A DNA stretch of 64,000 nt, taken from Vicugna vicugna. Taxonomy: Eukaryota. The DNA lies in the NCBI GenBank assembly GCA_013265495.1, contig MU061579.1, positions 3,283,319 to 3,347,318 on the forward strand, read 5' to 3'. Of this stretch, positions 1 to 13,170 are shown piece after piece (position 1 is the first letter of the stretch; every line of letters begins with the position of its first letter). The notes under the pieces are model-generated. The model saw only the letters and a program-made list of their open reading frames with translations. It had not been told where the DNA came from and searched no databases. The position numbers and the translations under genes are program-made.

Positions 1-808
1 ACTAAGCTTGAAATTTTCCCCTGAATCCAGTCTCCTCGTCGAACTGAAGTTGGGAATACCATATTCTCCACTGATAACAAGGAGATCATTTAATTGTCCT
101 TGATTTTTTCCTCTCACACTCCATGTCAATTTCTTCAGCAAATCCTGTTGCCTCAACCTTGAAAATACATCCAGTTTCTTTCAATGTCTTACTACCTCCA
201 TCCATCCCAAACAGTGGGACCAAAGGCAGTGCTATCTAGATTCTTGATTATCCCACAGCCACCTGACTGGCTTCCCTGCTTCCAGCCTTCTCCCCTCTGT
301 CTGTTGTCAGTACAGGAGCAGGATAATCTCCTCACCGTGTCACTCCGCTGTTCCAGATTCTTCAGCTGCAGTGCAGAGCTGACACTATCTTCATGGCATA
401 AAATGCTTCTTCCATCTGAGATCTTTTCCATCCTAGACATGCCTTCTACTCCACTGAGCCTTACTGTCACCCTTGCTTTCTCTTGGGCCATAGTTTTTAG
501 TAGTTTTCTCCATTACCTACTTCAAGACTTTGATCAAATACCTCCATCTCAGTGAAAGCTTTCTGGCAATGTGTTCACAGAGGATGTGGGCTGGGGAGGC
601 AGTGAGGGTGAGTCCCTATCTCCATTCTCTGCTTCATTTTCTTCCATATCATTCATCCTCTTTTAACATAATCGTTTAAAAATTTTTATTATTTAGCTCT
701 CCAAGTGAAATATAAGCTCCATGAAGCCAGACATTTTTGTTTTATCCCTAGCATTCAGAATTGTGCCTCACATATAGTAATCACTTAATAAATATTAATT
801 CAGCGAGT
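1..808 (+). mobile_element. Degenerate LINE-2 (L2) 3' region
   Basis: L2-like motifs cagcaaatcctgttgcctcaaccttgaaaatacatccag and ctgactggcttccctgcttcca, plus a typical L2 3' end (taagctccatgaag...cacttaataaatatt). Boundaries approximate. Confidence 0.75.
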
Positions 809-1032
809 CAATTTTGAAAAATTGTTGATATTCTTTTGATTCATCTAAGATTGACATGTAGTTCTGTCCTTGCAATTTGAAGTTATAGTCATGCTTTCTG
901 AATTCTACTGAACCTGCAACGAAACTTAGAATGTGTTTATACATGATTTAGCATTTTCAGTGAGAGCGCTGAACATTAAAAATAATTCAGAAGCCTTATT
1001 TTCAAAGAACATTTACAATGGCCTGTTGTTTA

Positions 1033-1135
1033 AATGTTTATATATATAAATGTTTATATATAATATGTATATGTATATATAATATGTATATATGGTAATA
1101 TTACCATATATTATATGATATTATCATATATATTT
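1033..1135. repeat. (TA)-rich low-complexity tract
   Basis: Degenerate tatatataaatgtt/atatgtat repeats read directly from the sequence. Confidence 0.85.
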
Positions 1136-1313
1136 AAATTATTTTATTTAAGTCAGTAGTATACTTAGCATCAGAGAAAATGCTTTCTTTTTTTCTTCAT
1201 CTCTAACTTCCTCAAATGAAATCCAAAGTAATTTTTATTGCAAATTGAATAATATTTTAAGGAATCAAATTGGTCCCTCATCAGGGAAAACATGGCAGGA
1301 AGTTGAAATATTT

Positions 1314-1442
1314 CTTTATTTTTTGGGGGGGTGGGTAGAAGTTAGGCTTATTTATTTATTTTTAGAGGAAGTACTGTGGATTGAACGCAGGACCTTGTAT
1401 ATGCTAAGCATGCACCCTGCCACTTGAGCTACACCCTCCCTC
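1314..1442 (-). mobile_element. tRNA-derived SINE, vic-1-like (camelid)
   Basis: Minus strand reads gggagggtgtagctcaagtggcagggtgcatgcttagc...gcgttcaatccacagtac (Pol III A/B boxes), then (taaa)n and an A tail. 10-bp TSD tgaaatattt at 1304-1313 and 1443-1452. Confidence 0.9.
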
Positions 1443-2042
1443 TGAAATATTTATTATCTCTTTTAAAACCAGACACCTGAGCAGCATAAGTAGAAACAGG
1501 TAGCTTTGCTGAAGGCTACAAAGTAGTACGTCTGAGTGCCTGAAAGGTAAACACTAGAAATCTCCTCTTTCCCCTAGAAGGAATGAAAAGAAAAATCAAG
1601 TCATGCTCTGTATGGCGTTGTCTTCTTGCCCAGTTACGACTTCTCACCAGCATGTTGAGCCATGTTCGTGGGATATCTGTATTCATTTGAAGGAAATGGA
1701 TAGCACTGTGGTGCTTTTAGGTATGCTGGGTTGCTTTATCTCTGCCATAAATTTACGTGCTGTTAAATATACCAGATACATGGCTTATAGTAGTAAGCAT
1801 CAAGTTTCTTTAATAACCTACATGTCAAAAAACCAGGAACCCACAACAAGCTGAAGTACTGGAGAGAGGATTCAAATCTTTGCCCTGAAGGTACAAAGAT
1901 ACTTGTAACCTCTATTACTCAGTGCAACTTGGAAGTAACAGGGAACAACAATGTAAATTATTTATGTTACAATGCTTTGTATGATTTATTTGGATTTTCC
2001 AAAAATACCTAGGTTAACATTTACAACCATTTTTACATTTTC

Positions 2043-2258
2043 TTTTTTTTAATATAGTTTATTTTTTAGAGCAGTTTCAGGGTCATAGCAGAACTGAGTA
2101 GAAAATACAGAGAGTTCCTACATAGCCCTTCCCACCCACGTATATATACTCACCTACCCTCAACATCCCCCATCAGTGTGGCATATTTGGTACAACTGAT
2201 GAGCCAACACGGACACATCATTATCAACCAAAGTCCATAGATTTCTTAAGGTAATCAC
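2043..2258 (-). mobile_element. Old L1 (L1MC-like) 3' end with T-tract
   Basis: ttttagagcagtttcagggtcatagcagaactgag...catcattatcaaccaaagtccatag resembles the reverse complement of an L1MC-type 3' UTR. Confidence 0.8.
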
Positions 2259-2264
2259 TTACAA

Positions 2265-3228
2265 CATCTATAAACTGATTCTAAAGCTTAGGAAAGGCAA
2301 AAAATCTCAATACAGCCAACACAATATTGAAGAAGAACAAAGTTGGACAACTGACGCACTGAACGTTCAGACTGATAAATCTGCAGTAATCAGGACAGTG
2401 TTGTACTGGTATTGGTGAAAGAATAGACAGCTAGATGAATAGAACAAAACAGGGAACCCAGAAATAGACACATAAATACAGTCAACAGATTCTTGGAATT
2501 GAATCAAAGGAAATATAATGGTGCAAATATAGTCTTTTCAATAATTAGTTCTGGAAAAACTGGACACCCCAATGCAAATAAAATAAATAAATCTAGACAC
2601 AGGCCTTAAACTTTCCACAAAAATTAACCCAAAATGGATAGCAGACCTAAATGTAAAACAAAACTATGAAAGTCTTAGAAGATGACATAGAAGAAAACCT
2701 AGGTGACCACGGTTATAGTGATACTTATTTAGCTAGAACACCAAAGGCACAGTCCCTGAAAGAAAGAATCCTAAAATTAAAAAAAAAGCAAAACAAAACC
2801 AAAAAAAGCTTTTACTATTAAAAAGACAATAGCAAGAGAGTTAGAAGACAGACAAGCCACAGTCTGAAAGAAGATATTTCCTAAGTACACATTTGATTAA
2901 AGGCTGTTAACAAAAATATATAAAGAACCCTGAAAACTCGACTAAGAAAAAAACAACCTGATTAAAAAATTGACCAAAGACCTTAACAGACACTACAGAA
3001 GTCATACAGATGACAAACAAGCAAACGAAAGATGTTCCACATCATATGTCATTGGTGAAGAGTAAATTAAAACAACATAACATAATGTTTACACAGCTTT
3101 ATTCATCATTGCCAAAACTTGGAGGCAACCAAGAAGTCCTTCAGGTACATGGATAAACAAACTGTGGTACAGACAACAGAGTTATTCAGAACTAAAAAGA
3201 AATGAGCTATCAAGCCATGAAAAAAATA
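2265..3228 (+). mobile_element. Old L1 (L1MC-like) ORF2 C-terminal to 3' UTR fragment
   Basis: aacacaatattgaagaagaacaaagttgga...gaacccagaaatagac...aaaattaacccaaaatggata...aaatgagctatcaagccatgaaaa. Many stops. Confidence 0.85.
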
Positions 3229-3239
3229 AATATGAGTAA

Positions 3240-3375
3240 CTGCTGGTATCGTTTGATGACCTGCCTTCATTCATGCTAAAATGCTCGCACTTTTACTTTG
3301 CTTTTGCACCATCAGTGCAAATGTCTACACAGTCATTTCTATAAAAGAAAAAAGATCTTAATATTATTTTAATCA
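3240..3375. mobile_element. hAT-Charlie-like DNA transposon fragment
   Basis: ttgcttttgcaccatcagtgcaaatgtctacacagt resembles Charlie subterminal sequence. Confidence 0.5.
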
Positions 3376-3389
3376 GGATTTAAACTCTA

Positions 3390-3700
3390 ATCAGGATTTC
3401 ACATCTACTATTCCACCAAAACTGTCCTTGTCAAGATCACTAATGACCAGCATGAGGCTAAATCCAAGAATTATACTGAGTCTTCACCTTCTCCCATGGC
3501 TGGATTCCCCCTTGTCCTTTCATATATATTCTTCTCATGACTTTCAAAACAACTATCCTTTTAATTTTTCTTCTGCCTCACTGGTACCTCCAGGTCAGTT
3601 TCCTCTTGTCATTTAGCTTCTGTTATCTATTCACTGTCTTGATTTTGGAAAGCTTCATAGTTCAGTTTCTTCATAGTTCAAGACTCCTCAATTCCTACTA
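3390..3700 (+). mobile_element. L2 fragment
   Basis: ttccaccaaaactgtccttgtcaagatcactaatgacc...aaatccaa is a typical L2 RT-region motif. Confidence 0.65.
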
Positions 3701-6074
3701 ATTCCTATGGTCCCTAAGAATATATTGGGGGTCCAAAAAGCCTAATCTGTTTTGATAATAATATTAGTTATGCCTAACTTCAGCATTGTTCAAGAGTCAA
3801 CTCTGTATCATATCTTACATTCTGCAGGGAAACCCAAAGTAAATGTACATGGATAGTTTTTCTGCTCACTTAAAATGGGACTTACATGAGGGTGAGCGGT
3901 TTTACAATGTGCTGTGGTTACTGAGAAGTGAGAAAAACCACACATACACTTTAGAGTCCAGAAGATGCACAAATACTGTTTTTTCTTACATTTCCTATTA
4001 TTTTAAGAAACAAATTTAAATGTCCAAACACTATTTCAAAATATTTTATCACTACTATTTTTTTTCAACTTACATACATATGTTACCTGGGTCATTTAGA
4101 AGATTTTAGTTATATTTGCTACCAGTGTTTTTGATTATGTTGTTTGGTACTGTTCCCATTTTTCACTATTTGGTAACTAAAATTGCCTTGCTTCCTCAAT
4201 CTTTGTTTTTCTCATTCACCAATGAAATTAACTGTATATATATTGAAGGTTAAAGTTTAAAGCCTTACGTTTACTATTTTCAGAATAAAATTTTACTAAT
4301 AACTTGGATAAGTAAAGGACAGGCTATAAATAAACATGCTCCTTCTTTGCAACAAAAATCATAAAACATATGTTAGAAAAAGGCAAGGGCCCTTCAGGCC
4401 TCTCTTGTAAAACAATTTTCCTAAGACAACAGGTTTCCATTCTCATGACTCTTCAGATTTATTTACAGATCAAGGGCACTGAAAGGTACATAACTTTGCC
4501 AGTAGAAGAGTTTCTGGAGACCGGGGCTCTTAATCTGACTTCAATTGGATGTTTTAGGAGCTCTTAGATTATTTGAGACACCTGAAACAAATTTACGAGC
4601 CATGGTTGTCCTTCGCTCAGAATTCTAGGTTAGGAAGTGCCGAAGGCCCGGAGGGGGAGCTGCTCCTGAATAGTTTTTCTGGCCTGTGATTCAGCATGGG
4701 TTCCCGGCTGTTTCTTTGTTGTCGGCTACAGAAAATGGGCTGCTTCTGTTATGTACCAATGTTGACGCTTTCCAGAGCTTCTGACAGAGGTGAAGAAATA
4801 AATGATTTGCAGTGGGTACTTTAAAGGGACTCTCGTGTTGGCATGACCAATTTATGGTTTTAACAGAGAACTATTCAGTTAATAATATCATTTTTATCTT
4901 GAGTTTCCTGCATTGTTGAACTAAATATAAAGAGCCTTTTGGAACAAAGCTGTGTATCAGCTTTGACTTTGTCTTTTATGTGAGTACAGCTAACTCTGGT
5001 AGGTTAGGAATTCATTAGGTAAATTGGCATGGCAACTGGTTGTGTTCTATTGAAGAAGAAGAAAACACTGGAATGAAAATTCTGTGAAATGCTGATGTTC
5101 TCTTTTTTTTTCTTTTTTGAAAAACGTTCAAGTAAAGCCATGAAGCAGCATAAGTTAAAGGTGACTCTTTTCCTCCAAATATTGAATCCCTTGATTTTTG
5201 CTTTTAGGCAATTGAAACTTTCTGGAAAATTGAAATCAAAAGGGATTTATTACCCAGTGTTAGGAGGATGCAAAATCATTGGACGTATATTAAAACAAAG
5301 GTTCTGGCCACACTTTTAGGAATGATTCCACCTTCCAGATAAAACTGCCTGAGCCAGGATCACAGCATCCATTGCAGAAAACAAACAAGCAAACACAAAA
5401 CTTGGAATCAGAGAGCAGAGACGACATACTGCACTGTTTCTTTCCTGATCTGGGTCAATGCAAGAGACACCTCAACTTCCCCCTCCCTGTTCCCTTAATT
5501 CAAATCTGAATTGATGTCGTGTGAGTAAGCTAAAGTGTACCCAGAAAACTAGCTGCAGAGGCATTTGGGAAATAGAGTTTTAGATTCTTAGCACCACCTA
5601 TACATGAATGCATGCTCAAAGAAAATTCAAATAGGTCTCCAGCATCAATCCACATTACATATCTGTCACATCTCTAAAAATACTTCTGTAAAATTTACCA
5701 TAAATTGGAATTAAGCATATGAGACTCTGGTTTCACTTATTTACATTATATGATAAATGATGAGCTCCTGTGAGGAACAGAAAAAAAATCATATCAAATT
5801 TTACACTATAAGAGGTAGATAGTCCTTGTTGCCCTAATTTCCTTAATGCTTTTATTTTTGAGTGAATATGATCATCTTTGCTATTTATATAACATAGAAC
5901 TAGGAAAATTCACTGCCATAATTTTTGGTGGTTGTTCATTTTATTTTGACTAAATGATAAAGTTTTCATGGACACAGTAACTGGGGTCTAGGACTTTCAT
6001 TAAATGAGAAACATTTCATTTCTAAGTAAAAGAAAATAAACATTATTATACCATAATATTCTTTTTCTCATCTC

Positions 6075-6582
6075 TGTCAGGGTCCCAAGACCAACCTCAG
6101 TTCTGTAATTTGCTAGAAGACCTTACTAGTCTGAATAAATCTGTTACACTCGTGTAACACAGGACACTGCTCAGAATCAGCAAAGTGAAAAGGTGCATGA
6201 GTTGAAGTCTAGAGAAACCAGGTGCAACCTTTCAGGTGTCCCCAGCCAATGGAGTAACCACGTATGCCCCTAATTCTCCCAGCAGAGGGTACAAGTGATA
6301 ATGCATGTGAAGCGCTGCCATGTGACTGACTAACTTTTCAGACTCCAGCCACCCTTTATCCCAAAGCAAAACAGGCATTCACCTGTAGCTGGTCATGGAT
6401 ACATGTATCTGGTCAACCTAGGCGAGCATGGCCCATTGCGTTGGATGTGTAAAAGTAATCTTATCAAGCAGATCCCAAGAGCTTTTCCCAAGCCAGCCAA
6501 GGGCTAGCTCTGAAGACAGGCCTTCCTTTAGAATATGTGGGGTGGCAGCAATGCAAGTCTACCAAGTGGACCCTTACCTGCC
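6075..6582 (-). mobile_element. Solo LTR, MER21/MER77-like (ERVL group)
   Basis: tgtcagggtcccaagaccaacc...aatcagcaaagtgaaaaggtgcatg...agaaaccaggtgcaa...gccagccaagggctagctctgaagacaggcctt. Confidence 0.75.
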
Positions 6583-6761
6583 TTGATCAGTGTGCTTTTC
6601 TTCTAACAAAATTGATGGGATGTTCCTGGTTTAGAAGCTAAACAGTGCCTCTGAAGCTGTGGAGCTTACCAACAATCTATTTTCTTTGTTTAAAGAAATG
6701 ATCCATTTAATCTTAACTTAGAATTTCACTTTTGCTTTACACTTTCATTTTGCCATGATTA

Positions 6762-6763
<2 letters not shown>

Positions 6764-6829
<66 letters not shown>

Positions 6830-6833
6830 TTTT
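6764..6833. repeat. Poly(T) tract T46-C-T23
   Basis: Read directly from the sequence. Confidence 0.97.
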
Positions 6834-7234
6834 GCTTGAGGGTGGTTTACTGCTTATTTTCGCTGAAAAGGATTCTTTAGCTTGCATTTCCTGGTCTCAG
6901 AGACCCATTCACGTGGTCCAGTGTTATAGGAGGTGCACTGAAGGACTACAACTGCCTGGCTTGAGCATTTAATCTTCAGATTAAAACAAGTAGAAAATAC
7001 TTATGTCTTCAGAAATGAGCTGTTACTACAGGAACCAGAGATGGCTGAATTTGAGTAATTTAGACTTAAGGAGATTTGAATTTCCAAGCACGTGAGTCCT
7101 ACAGTTGTGTTAAGAAAGTGTTCTTATCTATTCATGAAACAAAGGATTTGCTTTTATTATTGCCTTATCCTGGATTAGATGATTAGCACCAGGAAAAGTG
7201 ACGTTTGAGAAAATGAAACACAAGTTGGACAATC

Positions 7235-7324
7235 AGATCTTGTATATATTTCCCTGTGCTGTACAGTATAATCTTGTTTATCTATTCTACATATGCCTCC
7301 CAGTATCTACAAACTTTGAACTCC
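7235..7324 (-). mobile_element. Internal fragment of a young L1 3' UTR, no tail
   Basis: Reverse complement ggagttcaaagtttgtagatact...atagataaacaagattatactgtacagcacagggaaatatatacaagatct aligns by eye with the L1 3' UTRs at ~38965-39055 and ~61985-62070. Confidence 0.8.
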
Positions 7325-7704
7325 GAGATAATTGAAATTTTTAAAGCTAAATTGTAGGGGTAATATAAGGGAAGTTATATCAAAGTGGCACACACAAAGA
7401 AAAAGAACTGGAGAATATTGGAGCAGCAAGTGAATTCTAGCCACTGAAAAGAAGCATTAATGATGAAGTGCTAAGAACAGAAGACAGATTTACCCAGAAT
7501 TAATGTGCAGCCTGTCTCTAAATTCTGTGGTTATGTGGTAATTCAAGATTCTGAGTAAAATATTATGTCTGTGAATTCTGACTGAATATGGAATAAATTT
7601 CTTGACTCAAATAAACATTCCAAAATGTAAAATATTTGTAGATGGATGTTCTATTCATTGAAATACCATAAATGCTACACATAAAAAACCTTAACTACCC
7701 TCTG

Positions 7705-8252
7705 GGGTTTCCTATTACTGCTGTAAAAAATATCATAAAATTAGTGTCTTCTATAATACAAATTTATTATCTTAAATTCTGGAGGTCAGACCCTTATAAC
7801 ATATCTCTAGGCTAAAATCTAGGTGTGGGCAAGTGCAGGTCTCTGTTCCCTCTGGGGTCTAGGAAAAAATCCATTTCCTTGCCTGTTTTAGTTTCCTGAG
7901 GCTGCCTACATGCCTTGGCTCATCGCCCATCTTCTTCCTCTATTTTCAAAGCCAGCAATGTTGGGCCAAGTCCTGCACATGTGACAGTCCCTCTGGTTTT
8001 CCTCTTCCTCTCCCCCTTCTACTTTTAAGAATCATTGTGGTTGCACTGATCCCACTTGAATAATCCAAGACAATCTCTCAATTTTAAGGTCAGGTGATTA
8101 GCAGTATTAATTTCATCCACAACCTTAAGTCATTTCCTTCTTTGTCATACACAGAAGCTAGCACATTCACAGATTCCAAGGCTTAAAAACATCTGAGCCT
8201 CTTTGGGGATGACTTTTTTATAGACATTTTTGGAGACTATAATTCTGCCTAC
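7705..8252 (-). mobile_element. MaLR solo LTR, MLT1D-like
   Basis: tttcctattactgctgta...tctggaggtcaga...caaagccagcaat...ttttaaggtcaggtgattagca...attctgcctac. Confidence 0.85.
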
Positions 8253-9509
8253 TTCTGGGTAATATTCACGTGCTACACGATTGTGTTTGAAATTTACCCA
8301 GAAATATTTTAAGAACTTAAAATACATTCTCTAGTGCTGAGATACAGTGAAAAGACATTTTAAATTCACAATGAGGCACATTATTTTTCAAGAAGTCAAG
8401 ATTTTGAATTCCTCAGGAGAGTTTAATTGAGTGGAATCTAGACAAATATGATTGTTCCTTTTTCTATACGATTATTACTACAGACATAGTGACTGAAATG
8501 AAAGATTGGCACCATTGTATTTGTAATTCTTTGATTTGTTAGTGTACAGTTGCCCTAAGATATTCACCTAAATGATGAAATCATGAAGGCAATCAAACTA
8601 ATAATAGTCTTGAAAAAATAAAAATATCTGATCAACCTCCCTTTTGTTACTCTTTACTATTAACACTTCACTTCTACCTGTGTTTGTTAGTAATTCAAGA
8701 AGAAAAACTTTTACAAGGAAGGATGAGACAATTTCAAGAAACTTCTTTAACTCTATGCATTTATGAGTTCTGACAATTTGTCAACTCCATTTATGCTGAA
8801 GGTACACAATGCTAATATTTGTCATGACATGTGCAGAAGAAAAGTGCTTAGTGCTACATTTCCCATATAATTTTAATATCATTTTTTCAAGAGGTAGAAA
8901 TTTACAAGTTAAATATCTAGAATCATAATCTCAATCTTTTTAAAAGACATACTAATTTTGAAAAATTGGAAGCATCTAATTAATTATGTCCAATGGGGTT
9001 AGGGCAGAGGAAATATATTTAAATGTAAATGCAATCACAAATGTGTAGGAAATAGTGAAAATTTATTTTGAAAGTATTTCCGTAGCCACTAGCAATTTTA
9101 AAGTTTAAAGTTTCTGTTCAGATTTGATTCAAATTCTTTCAAAAAATTGGAACCTTAATATTCAAAGATACATAAAATGAACTAATAAATGCAAATGTAA
9201 TTGTTGCTAATATGATTTAGATTTGACCAAATTAACAATATTAATTGGTCAGCAAGTAAATTGGTGATGGAAATAAATCAAATCTGATTTTAATCAGAAA
9301 GTATGTTTTCTGGATGTTGGTGAACAAGTACTTTGAAAGGTAGATGCATTTAAACACAATGTATTGTAGGAAGTTTATTTATTTCCAGTTTAGTTATAGA
9401 TTTGCATGTCTGTTTCCAAAAATAATACCCTCATCTGTGCGTGCAATATTTAATATAATTTCCATCAACTCTAAAACTCCTTCCTATAATACTCACTGGA
9501 GTACTTACA

Positions 9510-10100
9510 GAGTATATTCTTAAAATATTCAGTAAAGATAAAGATGTGCATATCCTATAACCCAGTAATAGGTTATATAATTATGTAATCCCAGAGAAAC
9601 CTGGAGGCTTGTAATAAAAAAAGTTACAAGTGTTAAAAAGTGAAGGAAGAGGGACTAACTCACACCAGTAGAATAGGTAGATATACTGTAGAATATTTAT
9701 GCAGTAGAATAGTAGATGGGAATCAAAATAAAATAAACTATAGCTGTACATATCAACATAAACAAATATAACAAATTAGGAGTGAAGAAAGCAAGTTTGA
9801 AATAAAGATAACAGGGACTTAGATTATCAAAAGGCAAGCAGTACATATTGATCAAGGATATATTAAAATAAATTCATTAGGGATGAATTTAAATGTAGTA
9901 AAACATGAAGATATGTATGAAAATGCATGGGAATAAGGATAGTGGTTAGTTCCTAGGAGACAGGAGAATCTGTTCAGGAAAGGCACATACAAGACTTCAA
10001 ATGTATTTGTAGTCTGCGAATTCTAATCTTGGGTATTGTCTATATGAGCTTTTTTTTTCAATTCTTTTGATATATTTTGATTATATAAATTATTTCATAA
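9510..10100 (+). mobile_element. Highly degenerate L1ME-like 3' region
   Basis: gtgcatatcctataacccagtaat...aataaactatagctgtacatatcaacat...gatagtggtta. Confidence 0.55.
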
Positions 10101-10823
10101 AACACCCTTATTCCACAAATATGTCTGCTAGTGTGTGCTTTTTGTGATGTCACCTGTCTGTGTGTGTATAACAAAACTCTGGAAAATAGAGATATAACAG
10201 AGATATTCCTTTCCAAAGTATTTTGCCTCAAGCAGAATCTCCGAAGTGCCAGTCTTGAGACAGCTTGTAGAGTGATTTTCTTTAGAAATCAGGCCAACTT
10301 CCACCTCCATCTCCCTTAGACACTGAGGAGAGGATGTGGCCAGCAACACTTCCACAAAAACGAAAAAGATCTTGGGTGCTGGTTATCCCTTAACAACTGG
10401 CAGTCCGCCCTCTTTGAGATGATTAGCCTCACAGCACACTAGACCCTCTTCCTAATTCCTCTGCAACCAAGTAATTTGGAAACAAAAAATTACCACTCAA
10501 AAATGTGATGCTGGAAATCACTGATCTAAAATATTCTTACCAGAAAGTTTGATTAAGTTTTTAGCAATTTTTTTTCCTAAAATAGCAGCTTCTGTTATCC
10601 CTCTTACTAGTTACATGGTCACTGTATTCCTCAATTCTTCGTGTCCCACTATTATTTTATGTTCATGTGAAAGATCATTTTTTTAATGCAACAGATCTTT
10701 TTGTTTGCAAGCATGCTTGCAAAATATTGGTTGAGAAAATAAATAAGAACCTATGAAGAATAAGCTTGTCTACCTCAAGAGTGATGTGGTCACTAGTTTC
10801 TATCTTAGGTGAGCTTCCAACAC

Positions 10824-11189
10824 TGTCTTCGTCTGTTCAGGCTCTTAAAACAAAATATCATAGACTGGGTATCTTATACACAACAGAAAATTATTTCTCA
10901 CAGATCTGGAGGAAGGAAGTTCAAGATCAGGGTACCAATATGATTATGGTTTTGATAAAGGTACTTTGCTGGGTTGTAGACTGCCAGTAGATCACTGTTT
11001 CCTCACATGTGGAAGAGGCAAGAGAGTTCCGTGGGATCTCTTTTAAAAGAGCACTAACTTTCTTCCTTAGGGCTCCACCCTCATCACCTAAGCACCTCCC
11101 AATAGGCCCACCTTCAAGTAGCAACACGTCGGGCATTAGGATTTCAACATTCAAATTTTGGGGCAAAACAAATATTCAAACCAGAGTAA
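10824..11189 (-). mobile_element. MaLR solo LTR, MLT1A-like
   Basis: tgtcttcgtctgttcaggct...aaaatatcatagactggg...tttctcacagatctggagg...ggctccaccctcat...attaggatttcaaca...attcaaacca. Confidence 0.9.
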
Positions 11190-13009
11190 CCTTCCTGTGA
11201 AAATACCAGGAGATAAATATCATTATCGAATCGTGCATCATTTTATATTTCTGAAATCATTAGCTCAGACTCGTCAATACATCAAATGTTGTCTTTTAAT
11301 CATCATGCAGTTATATGAATTATATTTTCAATTTAGATTCCATCTTCAAAACTATGTAAGCAGGGTATACTAGACCCAAATGATTTGGCTATTGCTATAA
11401 AAAATTTGAGCTCATAAAATACCTTATGTGGTTCACCGCTCTAAGACATGACTCTGCTAAGACAGAATAGATGCAGTAATAGTACACTGTGCTTTTTCTT
11501 GGTGTCATTACTCAAAGACACAAAGCAGTTTCCACTACTCCTGCCACTCCTACTATTAACAGTCTTTCATTTACGAGGGCTTTAAGGCAACAGTTCAATC
11601 AAGCAAAACAAATACTATCAAAGATTCATTTCACATTTTATTTGTGTTTGGCTATAAATATTTGAAAAAGGAGATGAAAATGTAGTATGGAAATAGTTAT
11701 ATTTTTTATATAAGGATATGTTCAGAAAAATGGGACCTTTTTCTCCTTGAATCAATCAAGTTATAACCAAGAATTAATTTAAAATTACTTTTCACTGTAG
11801 CATTGCTTTTCCAAGATAATTAAATTACGTACAATATCACAATGCTATGCTTTCCTAAATTTCACAGGTCAGATAGAAAGTTTAATAGAATGGCTACACA
11901 AGTCTGTCAATTGCATAGCTATCCAAAAGAAAAATCCAATTTCATATTCTAACTGCATTTGTTGAAAAACACAGTGATGATTTAAAAACTCTTCCTGGGA
12001 TGACTACAGGCACCCAAATTCTATTCTGAAAAGGCTATCGTACTTGTTCCTTGACATTTTCAAAGTTCATGCGATCCTGAGAAATGATTAAAGGTTATCT
12101 CTAGAGCATATTGCTGATGACAGTTTCCCTAGTTTGCAATAGTTCATAGGTAGCAAAGAATGCATTGTTTTAAGAATTTCTATTTTCTCTTTTACTCCAT
12201 CCTTCAAGTCACAATTTCAACCACTCTTTGTTCCCACAGCTGGTACAAAGTTCTATAGACACTAGGATATTATTTCACCAATAGTGGTATAAACACATAA
12301 TTTGAGTCTTAAATTGTTTTATTTCTATTATTATCTTTGACTTTATTCCAGCTAAATGGTATAGTATTTCTTTATCACAAGTCAAGAGAAATAGACCCTG
12401 AGAATCATCTTAATCTATGATCAGTTGTTTTATCTGTATAAGGGCTCCATAAAATAAAACTAAAATAGTATCTCTCCACTTGAGATGCTTACATTCCTAA
12501 CATGTATTTTTATTCTAACCTAAATTTAGGTATGACTTATAAACTCATTTTAAAAATTCATATGATAAATGTAGTTAAAACTTATTTACTATTTTAAATT
12601 GTGAATTAAGTAGCTATAACTATATATTTGTAATCATGAACAGAATTCCTAGAATTTTCTTCTTCAGCCTAAGGGGTAAAATAGTTCCCTCAGAGATCAC
12701 CAATCAACAATTTGGTCAATATGCAACCATTAACTGACTATTGTCTAATCCACCCCAAGATCTCATGCTCTTCTTAATTAATAATTACTGTATGTTAATT
12801 CTCTCTTTCTCTGTCATACGTGAATTTGTAAGAGAAAGAGTCTCTCTCTATAGCCCATGAAAATACTGTGGCAGTATTTTATTACATAACAAATTCAACA
12901 GGACAGTTTTTCAACTACTTCACACTCAAGCTATCTGCTGATTATCTTCCCAGTCTTGCTCTCCTCTCTCTTATCCTTCACTTTGTTCTAGGATGTATAC
13001 TTTTCAACT

Positions 13010-13112
13010 ATCCCTCACTTGACAGATGACATGTCTTGAGACAGAGTGAAGTAAACTGTCTTTCCAATTTTGCACAGCCAACAAGTGGCAGGACCACTAT
13101 GTATGAACCCCT
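13010..13112 (-). mobile_element. MIR fragment
   Basis: atccctcacttgacagatga...cacagccaacaagtggcagga...tgaaccc resembles the MIR core. Confidence 0.55.
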
Positions 13113-13170
13113 GTGATGGATAACAGGCATGTGAAGTTGGACAAATGTGGTTTCTTCCATTAAAGAGTTT

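Noticed and set aside
184..555. 123-aa ORF (and the 124-aa ORF at 46117-46491)
   Set aside because: Both lie within decayed L2 elements and have no recognisable protein features.
1314..1442. tRNA gene (also at 17158 and 59188)
   Set aside because: Has A/B boxes but also an A-rich tail, a TSD and mutated stems, so it is a SINE and not a tRNA.
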